A stretch of 64,000 nucleotides of DNA from Spirochaetia bacterium (GTDB taxonomy: Bacteria > Spirochaetota > Spirochaetia > SZUA-6 > Bin103), in assembly GCA_965203905.1 (NCBI GenBank), contig CBDBDQ010000005.1:3712001-3776000 (forward strand), given 5' to 3'. Positions 9,579 to 20,816 of this stretch are shown here, one piece after another. How positions within the stretch are numbered: the stretch's first letter is position 1; each line of letters starts with the position of its first letter. The notes beneath the pieces were generated by a model. That model did not search any database. It was not told the origin of the DNA and saw only the letters and a list, made by a program, of their open reading frames with translations. The translations under genes and the position numbers were made by a program.

Positions 9579-10898
9579 ATGAGCCGCCCCAACATCGTCT
9601 ACCTGCACTCCCATGACACCGGCCGCTACGTGGAGCCCTACGGCTACGGCATCAGGACGCCGAACATTCAGCGCCTGGCCGAGCAGGGCATGCTGTTCCG
9701 CCAGGCGCACAACGCGGCGCCTACCTGCTCGCCGAGCCGCGCCGCCCTGCTCACCGGGATGTGTCCGCACAGCGCCGGCCAGTTCGGGCTGGTGAATCGC
9801 GGCTTCGAGCTGCCCGATCCACGCCACCACCTGGTGCACACGTTGCGCGCGGCGGGCTATCACACCACCCTGGCCGGGGTGCAGCACGTGCGCTGGGACC
9901 CGCGCACCATCGGCTACCATCAGATCCTGCAGACCGGCGGCCGCCTGGCGCGTGACGTGGCCCCGGCGGCGGTCGAGTTCCTCGCCGCGGCGCCGCAGCA
10001 GCCCTTCTTCCTGACCGTCGGCTTCAGCGAGACCCACCGCGTGTTCCCTCCCCCCGCACCGGCCGACGACGCCCGCTACCTGCGTCCCCCGGCGCCGATC
10101 CCCGACACCCCCGAGACGCGCGCCGACATGGCCGCCTACCAGGCCAGCGTCACCGCTCTGGATCAGGGCATCGGCATGGTGCTCGGTGCCCTGGAGGCCG
10201 CCGGGCTGGCGGACGACACCCTGGTGATCTGCACCACCGACCATGGGCCGGCGTTCCCGCGCATGAAGTGCAATCTGACCGACCACGGCACCGGGGTGAT
10301 GCTGATCCTGCGCGGCCCCGGCGGTTTCGACGGCGGCCGGGTGAGCGATGCGCTGGTGTCGCAGATCGACCTGTTTCCGACCCTCTGCGAGTTGCTGCAG
10401 GTCGAGCCGCCGGCGTGGCTGCAGGGGCGCTCGCTGCTGCCGCTGGCGCGCGGCGAGGCGGAGGAGATCAACGACGCGGTGTTCGCCGAGGTCAACTATC
10501 ACGGCCAGTACGAGCCGCAGCGGATGATCCGCACCCGGCGCTGGAAGTACATCCGCCGCTTCCTCGAACGCGGCGTTCCGTCGCTGGCCAACTGCGACAA
10601 CAGCCCGACCAAGGAGCTGCTGCTGGAGCACGGCTGGGGCAGCTTGCGGATGGCCGAGGAGCAGCTCTACGACCTGGTGTTCGATTCCAACGAGGCGGCC
10701 AACCTGGTGGGCGACCCGCGCCACGCCGACACCCTGGCAGAGCTGCGCACGCGGCTGGCGCGGTGGATGGAGGAGACCGATGACCCGATCCTGAAGGGGC
10801 CGATTCCCGAGCCGCCGGGCGCCACCATCAGCCCGCCCGACGACGTCGACCCGCAGGCGCTGTACGCCTACACCGAGCGGATTCCCACCTTCGGCTGA
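9579..10898 (+). CDS. Formylglycine-dependent sulfatase (sulfamidase-like)
   Basis: RPNIVYLHSHD, CxPxR motif TCSPSRAALLTG, TTDHG, EQLYDL. Confidence 0.95.
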   Translation: MSRPNIVYLHSHDTGRYVEPYGYGIRTPNIQRLAEQGMLFRQAHNAAPTCSPSRAALLTGMCPHSAGQFGLVNRGFELPDPRHHLVHTLRAAGYHTTLAGVQHVRWDPRTIGYHQILQTGGRLARDVAPAAVEFLAAAPQQPFFLTVGFSETHRVFPPPAPADDARYLRPPAPIPDTPETRADMAAYQASVTALDQGIGMVLGALEAAGLADDTLVICTTDHGPAFPRMKCNLTDHGTGVMLILRGPGGFDGGRVSDALVSQIDLFPTLCELLQVEPPAWLQGRSLLPLARGEAEEINDAVFAEVNYHGQYEPQRMIRTRRWKYIRRFLERGVPSLANCDNSPTKELLLEHGWGSLRMAEEQLYDLVFDSNEAANLVGDPRHADTLAELRTRLARWMEETDDPILKGPIPEPPGATISPPDDVDPQALYAYTERIPTFG

Positions 10899-10955
10899 CC
10901 GCAAGGCTGGGCGGTTGCCCGGACGGCGGGCCACCGTTACCTTGCGGCCACCCCC

Positions 10956-12869
10956 GTGAGCGCCGCCGCCTCAGCCGAAGCTCCATCCGCCTCCGCCGTC
11001 CCCGGCACCCTGTTCGGGATGCTGCGCCACTACCTGCACCGCCGGCGCGGGCGGGTGGCGCTGCTGGGGGTGCTGCTGCTGGCGAGCAGCGGGGCGCAGG
11101 CGCTCAACCCGCTCATCGTGCGCCACGTGCTGGACGCGGCGCTGGCGGGCGCGGCGCTCGACACCCTGGTGCTGTGGGCGCTGGCCTTCATCGGCGCAGC
11201 CACCGCGGCCCAGGGGATCTCGGTGCTCGCCACCTACCTGAGCGTGCGCATCGGCTGGCAGGCCACCAACGCCCTGCGGGTCGACCTGCTGCGCCACACC
11301 GTGGCGCTGGACCAGCGCTTTCACAACGCCCATACGCCGGGCGAGATGATCGAGCGCGTGGACGGCGACGTCACCCTGTTGAGCAACTACTTCTCCGAGT
11401 TCGTGGTGCAGATTCTCGGCAGCGTGCTGGTGATCGCCCTGGTGATGGTGGTGATCCTGCTGCAGGACTGGCGTGTCGCCGCCGTCTTCGGAGGCTTCGT
11501 GGTGGTGTCATGGGGTTTGCTGCTGAGCCTGCGCCGCATCGGCGTGGAACCGTGGCAGCAGACCCGGCAGGCGAGCGGCGAGCTGTTCGGGTTCCTGGAG
11601 GAGGCGCTGACCGGGATCGAGGACATCCACACCAGCAACGGCAAGCCGTATGTGATCCGCCGCTTCTACCGCCTCACGCGGCGCTACCTGCGGTACCAGA
11701 TCAAGGCCGGGATGCGCACCAACGTGATGGTCAACGCCTGGCTGCTGGTGGACACCGCGGGCTACGCGGTGGGGCTGGGGCTCGGAGCGCTGCTGTATCT
11801 GAACGGTCTGGCCAGCATCGGCATGGCCTACCTGGTGTTTCACTACGCCGGCATGATCTCGCGCCCGCTGCGCATGGTGGTGTTCCAGATGGAGGATTTT
11901 CAGCGTGCCGCCGCAGCGGCACAGCGCGCCGTGCGCCTGCTGGGAGAGCGCTCCGCGCTGGCGCCACGCCGCCCGCGAGCTGCCGGCTCCGAGCCTCGAG
12001 CAGCCGGCTCCGAGCTTCGGGCAGCCGGCGGTGCAGCGGCACTGCCAGGAACGGCGGAGCCGGCGGCGCCCCGTCCCGCGCCCGCGATCGCGACAGCGGG
12101 GCAACCTCCCGTGCTGCCGCCGGGCGCGTTGGCGGTGCGCTTCGACGGCGTCAGCTTCGGCTACGATCCCGCCCTGCCGGTCCTGGACGATGTCTCGCTG
12201 GAGCTGCCCGCCGGCCAAATCCTCGGTCTGATCGGCCGTACCGGCAGCGGCAAGACCACCCTGTCGCGGCTGCTGTTCCGCTTCTACGACGTGGATCGCG
12301 GCAGCGTGCGGCTCGGCGGCCACGACGTGCGCGCGCTGGACCTGGCCGCGCTACGCGGGCGGCTGGCGATGGTGAACCAGCGCGTCGACCTGGTCCACGG
12401 CTCGGTGCGCGACAACCTGACCCTGTTCGACACCTCGCTGCCCGACGCACGGATCGTCTCCGTGCTGGACGACCTGGGGCTCGGGCGCTGGTGGCGCGCC
12501 CTGCCGCGCGGGGTGCACACCGAGCTGGCCGGCCAGAACGCCGAGCTGTCGGCGGGCCAGGCGCAGCTCCTGGCCTTCGGCCGCGTGTTCCTGCTCAGCG
12601 ATCCCGGCGTGGTGGTGCTCGACGAGGCATCGTCACGGCTGGACCCCGGCACCGAGCGCTCCATCGAGCACGCCGTCGACCGGCTGGTCGCGGGCCGCAC
12701 CGCCATCATCATCGCGCACCGCCTGAGCACCGTGCTGCGCGCGGACTGGATCGCGTTGCTGGAGAACGGCCGGCTGGCCGAGTACGACCGCCGCGAGACG
12801 CTGCTGGCGGACCCGCGGTCGCGGCTGTCGCGGCTGCTGCGCCACGGTTCCACGGAGGTGCTGGAGTGA
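10956..12869 (+). CDS. ABC exporter subunit, chain B paralog with an expanded linker
   Basis: [22 protein letters not shown]; paralog of 6279-8021 (shared PGxMxERxDGD). Confidence 0.93.
   Translation: MSAAASAEAPSASAVPGTLFGMLRHYLHRRRGRVALLGVLLLASSGAQALNPLIVRHVLDAALAGAALDTLVLWALAFIGAATAAQGISVLATYLSVRIGWQATNALRVDLLRHTVALDQRFHNAHTPGEMIERVDGDVTLLSNYFSEFVVQILGSVLVIALVMVVILLQDWRVAAVFGGFVVVSWGLLLSLRRIGVEPWQQTRQASGELFGFLEEALTGIEDIHTSNGKPYVIRRFYRLTRRYLRYQIKAGMRTNVMVNAWLLVDTAGYAVGLGLGALLYLNGLASIGMAYLVFHYAGMISRPLRMVVFQMEDFQRAAAAAQRAVRLLGERSALAPRRPRAAGSEPRAAGSELRAAGGAAALPGTAEPAAPRPAPAIATAGQPPVLPPGALAVRFDGVSFGYDPALPVLDDVSLELPAGQILGLIGRTGSGKTTLSRLLFRFYDVDRGSVRLGGHDVRALDLAALRGRLAMVNQRVDLVHGSVRDNLTLFDTSLPDARIVSVLDDLGLGRWWRALPRGVHTELAGQNAELSAGQAQLLAFGRVFLLSDPGVVVLDEASSRLDPGTERSIEHAVDRLVAGRTAIIIAHRLSTVLRADWIALLENGRLAEYDRRETLLADPRSRLSRLLRHGSTEVLE
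11976..12032 (+). repeat. In-frame 21-bp tandem repeat ([19 protein letters not shown]) in the TMD-NBD linker
   Basis: cgagctgccggctccgagcct / cgagcagccggctccgagctt / cgggcagccggc. Confidence 0.7.
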
Positions 12870-12915
12870 CCGGGTGTGGCACGCGGCGGTGCGCGACCCC
12901 GCGCGAGGCCGGCCC

Positions 12916-14727
12916 ATGAAGACCGTCAGGGCGCTGCTGCGGCTGGTGTGGTTCCGCAAGTGGAACTACCTGTTCCTCAGCATCGCCCATCTGCTGATCT
13001 TCGGGCTCTCGTTCCAGATGGTGGGACAGGTGGCGCGGGTGCTGCTGGACGAGCTGAGCGGCGACCGGCCGATGGTGTTCGGGCCCTGGCTGCTGTGCGG
13101 CGGGCTGGTCGCCATCGCCCTGGCACGCGCGGTGATCGTGTTCATCGACGTCCCGATCTACTTCCGCACCGAGTTCGCGCTCTCCTCGCTGCTGCGCAAG
13201 AACGTGATCGAGCGCACCCTGGGGCAGGCGGCCGGCCACGCCCTGCCGCACACGCCGGGGGAGGCGATCAGCCGGCTGCGCGGCGACGTGGAAGGCGTGG
13301 TGCGGCTGCTGATGGACCTCAACTTCCAGCTCGGGACGGTGGCCTTCGCGGTCGTGGGCGGGGTGACGATGCTGCGCATCGATGCCCCGTTGACCGCCCT
13401 GGTGTTCGCGCCGCTGGTGGTGATCGTGATCGCGGTGCGCGTGCTGCGGCAGCGCATCGCCCGCTACCACGAGCGGTTTCGCCGCGACACCGGCGCCGTT
13501 ACCAGCTTCATCGCCGAGCTGTACGCGGCCATTCCGGCGCTGCAGGCGCTGTCCGCCGAGCAGCGCGCGGTGCGCCGCTTCGAGCAACTCAACGCCGCCC
13601 GCCTGCAGGGCGCGATCCGCGACCAGCTCCTGACCAAGATCCTCACCTCCGGCTTCGACAACGTGGCGCAGATCGGCGCCGGCGTGATCCTGGTGGTGGC
13701 CGCCGGCGCTATCGTCGACGGCAGCTTCACGGTCGGCGACTTCTCGCTGTTCGTATACAACCTGACCTTCCTGTCGCAGCAGGCGGCCGGTGGCTTCGGC
13801 AACTTCCTGACCCGCCTGCGCCAGGTCGAGGTATCGCTGCAGCGGCTGCTGGGGATGATGGGGGGAGCGTCGGCCGATGCCCTCACCGCACCGAGCAGCA
13901 TGCACCTGCGCGGTCCGCTGCCGGAGATCCCCTACCGCCCCAAGAGCGCGGCCGACCGCTTCGAGAGCCTCACCCTCGACGCGGTCTCGTTCACCTACTC
14001 CGGGTCACCGAACGGCATCAGGGAGATCGACCTGAACATACGGCGCGGCCAGTGCGTGGCGGTGGTGGGCCGCATCGGGTCCGGCAAGTCGACGCTGCTG
14101 CGCGTGTTGCTGGGGCTGCTGGCCGCCGACTCCGGGCGCCTGCTGTGGAACGGCGCCCCGGTCACCGAGCCGGGTGCGGTGCTGGTGCCGCCGCGGGTCG
14201 CCTACACGCCGCAGGTGCCGGCCCTGCTCAGCACCCCGCTGATCGACAACGTGCTGATGGGCCTGCCGGAACGCCAGGTGGACCTGCCGGCCGCGGTGCG
14301 CGCCGCGATGCTGGAGACGGACGTGGCCACCCTGGAGCGGGGCCTGCAGACCATCGTCGGGCCGCGCGGGGTGCGGGTGTCGGGGGGCCAGGCGCAGCGC
14401 ATCGCGGCGGCGCGCATGTTCGTGCGCAACGCCGAGCTGCTGGTGGTGGACGACCTGTCGAGCGCCCTGGACGTGGAGACCGAGGCGCTGCTGTGGCACA
14501 ATCTGTTCACCCACCGCCCGGAGGTGTCCGTGATCGCGGTGTCCCACAGCCGCGCCCTGCTGCAGCGTGCGGACAGCATCGTGGTGCTGGAGGAGGGCCG
14601 GGTCGGCGCCCGCGGCAGCCTGGACGAGCTGCTAGCCGGCAGCGCCGAGATGCGGCACCTGTGGCGCGGCGCGGCGCAGCGCTCCGAGGCGCCGGCGAGT
14701 ACGGAAGATTCGACCGCGGGCCGGTAG
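12916..14727 (+). CDS. ABC exporter subunit, chain A paralog
   Basis: [22 protein letters not shown]; paralog of 4492-6282 (shared PPRVAYTPQ). Confidence 0.93.
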   Translation: MKTVRALLRLVWFRKWNYLFLSIAHLLIFGLSFQMVGQVARVLLDELSGDRPMVFGPWLLCGGLVAIALARAVIVFIDVPIYFRTEFALSSLLRKNVIERTLGQAAGHALPHTPGEAISRLRGDVEGVVRLLMDLNFQLGTVAFAVVGGVTMLRIDAPLTALVFAPLVVIVIAVRVLRQRIARYHERFRRDTGAVTSFIAELYAAIPALQALSAEQRAVRRFEQLNAARLQGAIRDQLLTKILTSGFDNVAQIGAGVILVVAAGAIVDGSFTVGDFSLFVYNLTFLSQQAAGGFGNFLTRLRQVEVSLQRLLGMMGGASADALTAPSSMHLRGPLPEIPYRPKSAADRFESLTLDAVSFTYSGSPNGIREIDLNIRRGQCVAVVGRIGSGKSTLLRVLLGLLAADSGRLLWNGAPVTEPGAVLVPPRVAYTPQVPALLSTPLIDNVLMGLPERQVDLPAAVRAAMLETDVATLERGLQTIVGPRGVRVSGGQAQRIAAARMFVRNAELLVVDDLSSALDVETEALLWHNLFTHRPEVSVIAVSHSRALLQRADSIVVLEEGRVGARGSLDELLAGSAEMRHLWRGAAQRSEAPASTEDSTAGR

Positions 14728-14815
14728 GCGGGACGCGGCGGCGCCGGGGGGGGCGTCGGCGGCGCCGCCGCCACGATTGGGCGGCACGGCGAAGTGTGCG
14801 ACAATCGGAGCTGCG

Positions 14816-15631
14816 ATGGTCGAGCAGGTATCGGTGCTGGATTCGTTCCGGCTGGACGGGCAGGTGAGCGTGGTCACGGGCGGCAGCGAGTGGCTCGGGT
14901 TCGACGTGGCCTGCGCCCTGGCGGAGGCCGGCAGCGCGCTGGTGATCACCTCGCGTACCCAGGCCCGCGCCGAGGCGGCGGCGGCAGAGCTGGCCGACCG
15001 CTACGGCGTGGACACGCTGGGGGTGGCCGCCGACCAGGGCCGGCACGCCGAGGTGGCCGCGGCGGCGGCGCGCATCCACGGCTGGAAGGGACGCATGGAC
15101 GTGCTGGTCAACAACGCCGGCGGCGGCTCGGGGCGCAGCGAAGGCGCCCTGCTGGAACGCGATCCGGCGGTGGCGGCCGAGCTGATCAGCATCAACCTCA
15201 CCGGCGTGCTGCACTGGTGCCGGGAGGCGGCGCGCCACATGCTGCCCGCGGGCCGCGGCCGGATCATCAACATCGCCTCGATCGCCGGGATGGTGGGGCG
15301 CGACCGCTCCATGTACCACCGCAACCGGAGGACCGAGCAGCCGGTGGACTACGCCGCCGCCAAGGGGGGCGTCATCGGGCTCACCCTGGACCTGGCGGGC
15401 TCGCTGTCGCCGCGCGGGATACGGGTCAACGCAATTTCCCCCGGCGGCTTCGACAAGGGCGACCTGCCCGAGAAATTCGTCACCGATTACGCCGCCATCA
15501 CCATGCTCGGCCGGATGGGGCGCTTCGGCGCCGACCTCAAGGGGGCGGCGCTGTTCCTGGCCTCGGCGGCCTCCGACTACGTCACCGGTCACAACCTGGT
15601 GGTGGACGGCGGTTTCTCGGTGTGGAAGTAG
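14816..15631 (+). CDS. Short-chain dehydrogenase/reductase
   Basis: VTGGSEWLG, LVNNAG, YAAAK catalytic motif, VTGHNLVVDGG. Confidence 0.93.
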   Translation: MVEQVSVLDSFRLDGQVSVVTGGSEWLGFDVACALAEAGSALVITSRTQARAEAAAAELADRYGVDTLGVAADQGRHAEVAAAAARIHGWKGRMDVLVNNAGGGSGRSEGALLERDPAVAAELISINLTGVLHWCREAARHMLPAGRGRIINIASIAGMVGRDRSMYHRNRRTEQPVDYAAAKGGVIGLTLDLAGSLSPRGIRVNAISPGGFDKGDLPEKFVTDYAAITMLGRMGRFGADLKGAALFLASAASDYVTGHNLVVDGGFSVWK

Positions 15632-15648
15632 AGGCCTGACCCGAGGCT

Positions 15649-16707
15649 TCAGGAACCGCCCGCGGCACCGGCGGCCAGCAGGTCGCTCTCGCCCTTGAGC
15701 TGCAGCTCCCCGGCGAAGTGGCATGCGGCCTGGTGCTCGGCGCCGGCATCCGCCACCGTGTCCAGCTCCGGGCGCTCGCTCCCGCAACGGTCCTGGGCGT
15801 AGGCGCAGCGCGGGTGGAACGGGCACCCCGGCGGAATGGCGACGATCTCGGGAATGTCCCCCTCCAGCTCGATGCGCTGCAGGCGGCGGTGCGGGTCGGG
15901 CTGCGGGATCGAGGAGAACAGCGCCTCGGTATAGGGATGGCGCGGGCGGCCGAAGATCTCCTGCCGCGTCCCCATCTCCACGATGTTGCCCAGGTACATC
16001 ACCGCCACCCGCGAGGCCATGTGGCGCACCACGCTCAGGTCGTGGGTCACGAAGATGATCGCCAGGTGCATCTCGCGCTGCAGCTCCATCAGCAGGTTGA
16101 GGATCTGCGCCTGCACCGAGACGTCGAGCGCGGAGGTGGGCTCGTCGGCGAGCAGCAACTCCGGCTCCAGCGCCAGGGCGCGGGCGACGCCGATGCGCTG
16201 CCGCTGGCCGCCGGAGAAGGCGTATGGGTAGCGGTTGAGATGCTCCGGCTTGAGGCCGACGCGGACCAGCAACTCCCGCGTGCGGCGCTCGACCTCCGCC
16301 TTCGAGGACACCGCGCGGTTGATCACCAGCGGCTCGGCGACGATGCGGCGCACCGTCATGCGCGGGTTGAGCGAGGACTCGGGGTCCTGGAACACCATGC
16401 GGATCGCCTGCCGCGCGCGCTTGAGCTCGTCCCCTTCCGCCTGCGCCACGTCGGTACGTTCGCCACCGCGGTGGAAGTGGACCGTGCCGCCGGTGGGATC
16501 GACGGCGCGCACCAGGCTGCGCAGCAGGGTGGTCTTGCCGCAGCCGCTCTCGCCCACCAGGCCCACGGTCTCGCCGCGCCGCACCTGGAAGCTGACGCCG
16601 TCCACCGCCCGTACCCAGCCCACGGTCCGCCGCAGCACGCCGCGCCGGATCGGGAAGTATTTTTTCAGGTCCCGGACCTCGAGGACCAGGTCATCCGGAG
16701 CGGGCAT
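15649..16707 (-). CDS. Oligopeptide/dipeptide ABC ATPase (OppF/DppF-like)
   Basis: GESGCGKT, FSGGQRQR, ADEPTSALDVSVQAQ, C-terminal GCPFHPRC. Confidence 0.92.
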   Translation of the reverse strand: MPAPDDLVLEVRDLKKYFPIRRGVLRRTVGWVRAVDGVSFQVRRGETVGLVGESGCGKTTLLRSLVRAVDPTGGTVHFHRGGERTDVAQAEGDELKRARQAIRMVFQDPESSLNPRMTVRRIVAEPLVINRAVSSKAEVERRTRELLVRVGLKPEHLNRYPYAFSGGQRQRIGVARALALEPELLLADEPTSALDVSVQAQILNLLMELQREMHLAIIFVTHDLSVVRHMASRVAVMYLGNIVEMGTRQEIFGRPRHPYTEALFSSIPQPDPHRRLQRIELEGDIPEIVAIPPGCPFHPRCAYAQDRCGSERPELDTVADAGAEHQAACHFAGELQLKGESDLLAAGAAGGS

Positions 16708-17785
16708 CCGCCTGTTCCTTCGCTGCGCCTGCGCCGGCCGCGGGACGGTCGTAGAGGTAGCAGCGCGCGTGGTGCCCGCTGCCCACCGCGACCAGCTCCG
16801 GCTCCGCGCCGTCACACACGCCCGCCATGAACTCGCCGCAGCGCTCGGCGAAGCGGCAGCCGCGCAGGCGCAGGTAGGGGTCGGGCAGCGATCCCTCGAT
16901 GGTCTGCAGCTCCGAGCCGGGCTCCACGGCGATGCTCGGTATCGACTGCAGCAGCTTCTGCGAGTAGGGGTGGCGGGGATCGTCGAACAGGTCGTACACC
17001 GAGCCGCTCTCCACGATCCGCCCCAGGTACATCACGTTCACCCGGTCCGCCAGCTCCGCGATCACCCCGAGGTTGTGGGTGATGAACAGGATCGCCATGC
17101 CGGTCTGCCCCTGCAGTTCCTTGAGCAGCCCCAGCACCTTGGCCTGGATGGTGACGTCGATGGCGGTGGTGGGCTCGTCGGCGATCAGCAACTGCGGCTC
17201 GCCGGAGATCGCGATGGCGATCAGGGCGCGCTGGCGCATGCCCCCGCTGAGCTCGAACACGTAGGCGTCGATCAGCTTCTCGGGACTCGGAATGCCCACC
17301 TGCCGCAGCAGCTCGATGCCGCGCTCCCGCGCCTCGTCGTCGCCGAGGCCGGCGTGGTACAGCTTGAGCGCCTCGATGAGCTGGTCGCCCACCGTGTGCA
17401 CGGGGCTGAGCGCGCTCATCGGCTCCTGGAAGATCATGGCGATCTCCTGGCCGCGGAAGCGGCGCAGCTCCGCGCTCTTGGGGCTGAGCCGCGCCAGGTC
17501 GACCGGCTGCTCCGCCGCAACGCCGGAGTAGAGGATGCTGCCCCCGACTACGGCCCCCGGCGGCGGCACGATGCCGAGGATGGAGCGCGCGGTGATCGAC
17601 TTGCCGCAGCCGCTCTCGCCCACCAGACCCACCACCTCGCCGCGGTGGATGTCGAACGACACGTCGTCCACCGCGTGCACCGTTCCCAGCGTGGTGCGGA
17701 AGTGAGTCCTGAGATTGCGTACGCTCAGCAGCGGCGGTCCCATACCTCGGTGCGCCAGTATGGGAGCACCGCCGTGAGCTGTCAA
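16691..17785 (-). CDS. Oligopeptide/dipeptide ABC ATPase (OppD/DppD-like)
   Basis: [31 protein letters not shown]-terminal Cys motif. Confidence 0.92.
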   Translation of the reverse strand: MTAHGGAPILAHRGMGPPLLSVRNLRTHFRTTLGTVHAVDDVSFDIHRGEVVGLVGESGCGKSITARSILGIVPPPGAVVGGSILYSGVAAEQPVDLARLSPKSAELRRFRGQEIAMIFQEPMSALSPVHTVGDQLIEALKLYHAGLGDDEARERGIELLRQVGIPSPEKLIDAYVFELSGGMRQRALIAIAISGEPQLLIADEPTTAIDVTIQAKVLGLLKELQGQTGMAILFITHNLGVIAELADRVNVMYLGRIVESGSVYDLFDDPRHPYSQKLLQSIPSIAVEPGSELQTIEGSLPDPYLRLRGCRFAERCGEFMAGVCDGAEPELVAVGSGHHARCYLYDRPAAGAGAAKEQADARSG

Positions 17786-17843
17786 ACCGGCGCGCCTCCC
17801 GGCCTTCCCGGCCTCGCCGGCCTCGCCGGCAGCCGGCGCCGGG

Positions 17844-18995
17844 TCAGTCGCTGCCGGCTTCGGCCTCCGGCCGGTACAGTTCGGCGCTGGCGCGGATCGC
17901 CTGCTCGTGGTAGAGCGCCTCCTGGTACTTCGAGGAGTCGATCTGCGGGATGCCGCCCTCGGGAGCGAGGATCCAGTCGTCGCGGCTGATGCGGTAGCTG
18001 CGGATGAACGCCATGGGGGCGTCGTCGACGATGTACTGCACCACGTACAGGTCGCCGTCCGGAAGCTGCACCCAGCCGGAGTAGGCGCCGTCGGGATGAA
18101 TGCTGCGGTCGTGCTCCACGAAAAAGCGCCGGAAGTCGGGCGAGAGATGCGACCTGGTGGCGTTCTCCACGCAGTCCGGGTCGGCGGCGCTGGCCTGGCT
18201 CTCGGCGTGCAGCACCAGCAGGCGCGGGGCGTTGCTGAAGCCGTAGAACACGATCACTTCGCCGCTGCGCAGCAGGCCGGCCTCGGGACGCCCGATGCAG
18301 GACAGCAGGTGGGTGGGGTGGGGACCCTGCCAGGTGGCGCCGTCGTCGTGCGAGATCGCCTTGTAGCCCCGCAGCCGCTCCTCGTCCTCGCGGATGTAGC
18401 ACACCAGGGTGTCGTCCTGGAGCTGCACGAAGGTGGCCTCGTTGAGCCACAGCTCGCTGGAGGCGGAGACGACGGTCGGTCCCTGCCACGAGGCGCCCTC
18501 GTCCTCGGATACCCACAGGTCGACGCTCCAGGTGGTGCCGTCCCAGCCGTCGGCGGCGAGGAAGATCTTGCCGGAACGGGTGCGGAACAGGCAGGGGCAG
18601 ATGTGGCCGGTGATGCCGGTCTCCGCCTTCTCGCTCCAGGTCACGCCGCCGTCCTCGGAGTGCCAGGAGTAGATCTTGCTATTGGGGGTGTACTCCTGCT
18701 CGTACGGGGGCCCCCAGTCGCAGATCATCAGCAGGCGGCCGCCGCCGAGGTGCAGCAGGCGCGGCGTGTTCCAGCCGCCGCCGGTGGCGTGGTCGGGAAT
18801 CTCCTCCACCACCGCCTTGCGGCCCCAGTTGCGGCCACCGTCGCGGCTGATGTGCATGGCGATGCGGGTCCAGGGCCAGCGGCCGTGGACCAGGCTCTCG
18901 CGATAGCAGCACACCAGGGAACCGTCCTCGCAGCGGGCGAGGTCGGGCAGCATCTTGTAGATGTCGGGCTCGGCCGACACGACTGACTTGGTCAT
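17844..18995 (-). CDS. BNR/Asp-box beta-propeller protein (sialidase-family fold)
   Basis: Four Asp boxes: SRDGGRNW, SEDGGVTW, SEDEGASW, SHDDGATW; no signal peptide. Confidence 0.85.
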   Translation of the reverse strand: MTKSVVSAEPDIYKMLPDLARCEDGSLVCCYRESLVHGRWPWTRIAMHISRDGGRNWGRKAVVEEIPDHATGGGWNTPRLLHLGGGRLLMICDWGPPYEQEYTPNSKIYSWHSEDGGVTWSEKAETGITGHICPCLFRTRSGKIFLAADGWDGTTWSVDLWVSEDEGASWQGPTVVSASSELWLNEATFVQLQDDTLVCYIREDEERLRGYKAISHDDGATWQGPHPTHLLSCIGRPEAGLLRSGEVIVFYGFSNAPRLLVLHAESQASAADPDCVENATRSHLSPDFRRFFVEHDRSIHPDGAYSGWVQLPDGDLYVVQYIVDDAPMAFIRSYRISRDDWILAPEGGIPQIDSSKYQEALYHEQAIRASAELYRPEAEAGSD

Positions 18996-19031
18996 AACGT
19001 CGTATCATAGCCGGTACCGGCAGGAGAGGCG

Positions 19032-20036
19032 ATGAAGTACAACCCGACCGCGCGCACCTTCAACTGTGCCCCTGCGCTGAACGACAGCGAGGTGCTGGCG
19101 TTCTGCCGCGACGGCCACCTGTTGCTGCCCGGGGTGGTCCCCGCGGAGATCAACCGGCGCGTCTGCGACTGGCTCGACCGCAAGGTGCCGGCCACTCCGA
19201 GCTATCTTCCGGAGGGGCTCACGCACGCCGACCTGGAACGGATCCGCGGCACCCACGAGCCGAGCGGCATCCTGCTGGAGGAGTGGTTCCTGGAGCACGT
19301 CCTGCTCAACCCGCGGCTCGGCGGTGTGATGCGGTCGCTGCTCGGCCCCGACATCGGCCTGCCGGTGCTGGTCAGCCACCACTTCATGCAGTGTCCCGCC
19401 GCGGCGCAACGCTGGCACCACGACGCCGACAGCGTGTTCGGCCCGGAGCTGCGCTTCGTCGAGGTGTTCTACTTCCCCCAGGACACGCCGGCGGAGCTAG
19501 GCCCCACCGAGCTGGTGCCGGGCAGCCATCTGGGCCGTACGCAGGCCGATGAGGGCACCGTGGGGGTTCTGAGCGCGGGGCCTGCCGGCACCATCGGCGT
19601 GCATCACCAGAGCATCCTGCACCGGCGCGCCGCCTCCACCGCCAGCGGTCCGCGGCGCATGCTCAAGTACAGCTACTGGCGCACCGCACCGCCGCGGCGC
19701 GACTGGCCCGCCGACGCGAGCTTCGACCCGCGCAGCGCCGATTACGGCGGCCACGGCAGGGCGCGCTTCGCGGCGCACCTGTTCGCCTGGCTGTGCGGCA
19801 GCGCCGACCAGTTCCGCGTGATCGGCGGGCAGGGCTGGCCGTGGCGCACCGAGAACCAGATCGGTCCCTCCTACGGCTACGCCAGCCCGGAGGGCTACCT
19901 CCCCGACTGGCGCAGCAACAACGATGGCTATGCCCTGCCGCCCGCGCCCCGCGAGGCGGTCGCCGCTGCCGCCAACAACGGACCCGCGGCACTGCCGTCC
20001 CGTAACGTCGCATCCGGAGCCCGCGATGCAGGTTGA
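19032..20036 (+). CDS. Phytanoyl-CoA dioxygenase (PhyH)-family Fe(II)/2OG dioxygenase
   Basis: FCRDGHLLL, HxD motif WHHDAD, GPTELVPGSH, distal ILHRR. Confidence 0.88.
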   Translation: MKYNPTARTFNCAPALNDSEVLAFCRDGHLLLPGVVPAEINRRVCDWLDRKVPATPSYLPEGLTHADLERIRGTHEPSGILLEEWFLEHVLLNPRLGGVMRSLLGPDIGLPVLVSHHFMQCPAAAQRWHHDADSVFGPELRFVEVFYFPQDTPAELGPTELVPGSHLGRTQADEGTVGVLSAGPAGTIGVHHQSILHRRAASTASGPRRMLKYSYWRTAPPRRDWPADASFDPRSADYGGHGRARFAAHLFAWLCGSADQFRVIGGQGWPWRTENQIGPSYGYASPEGYLPDWRSNNDGYALPPAPREAVAAAANNGPAALPSRNVASGARDAG

Positions 20037-20805
20037 CCTCGCGGGGCAGGTGGCCCTGGTGACCGGCGGCGGGCAGGGGATCGGGCACGCCATCGTCGGC
20101 GCGCTGGCCGCCAACGGCGCCCGCATCGCCATAGTCGACGTGGACGGCGCCGCCGGCGAACGGGCCGCGCGCGAGGTGGGCGGCCGCTGCTGGGAGGCGG
20201 ACGTCACCGACCACCGGGCGATCGCCACCGTCATGGACGAAGTCGGCGCGCACTTCGGCGGGCTGCAGATCCTGGTCAACAACGCCGGCATCAACAGCGG
20301 CGGCGAACGGGTGCCGATCGACCGCTTCTCGCTGGAGGACTGGCAACGCATCCTGCAGGTCGACCTGAGCGGCGTGTTCGTGGTCAGCCGCGCCGCGGTG
20401 CCGCTGCTGGAGGCCGGCGGCGGCGGGCGGGTGGTGAACATCAGCTCCGTGGCCGGACTGGTGCCGCTGCGCCTGCAGTCGCCCTTCGTGGCCGCCAAGG
20501 CGGGGGTGATCAACCTGACCCGCTCCATGGCGCTGGAGCTGGGGCCGCGCGGGATCCTGGTCAACGCGGTGGCTCCGGGGTCGACGCTGACGCGCGGCAC
20601 CGAGCGCCTGTTCTACGGCGCCGACGGCGCATTTACCGAGCAGGCCGCGGACCTGCTCTCGCACATCCCGCTGGGACGTCCGGCGCGGGTCGAGGAGATC
20701 GCCGCCGCGGTGCTGTTCCTGGTGGCCCCCGAGGCGAGCTACGTGAACGGCAGCGTCATCACGGTGGACGGCGGCTGGACCGCCGGCTACACGCGCAATT
20801 TTTAG
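20026..20805 (+). CDS. Short-chain dehydrogenase/reductase
   Basis: VTGGGQGIG, LVNNAG, VNGSVITVDGG; the catalytic YxxxK position reads FVAAK. Confidence 0.9.
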   Translation: MQVDLAGQVALVTGGGQGIGHAIVGALAANGARIAIVDVDGAAGERAAREVGGRCWEADVTDHRAIATVMDEVGAHFGGLQILVNNAGINSGGERVPIDRFSLEDWQRILQVDLSGVFVVSRAAVPLLEAGGGGRVVNISSVAGLVPLRLQSPFVAAKAGVINLTRSMALELGPRGILVNAVAPGSTLTRGTERLFYGADGAFTEQAADLLSHIPLGRPARVEEIAAAVLFLVAPEASYVNGSVITVDGGWTAGYTRNF

Positions 20806-20816
20806 GAGGACCAAGA

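Noticed and set aside
17795-17845. Short 10-bp repeats (ccggcctcgc) between the BNR gene and oppD
   Set aside because: Only 3-4 degenerate GC-rich units, with no evidence of function.
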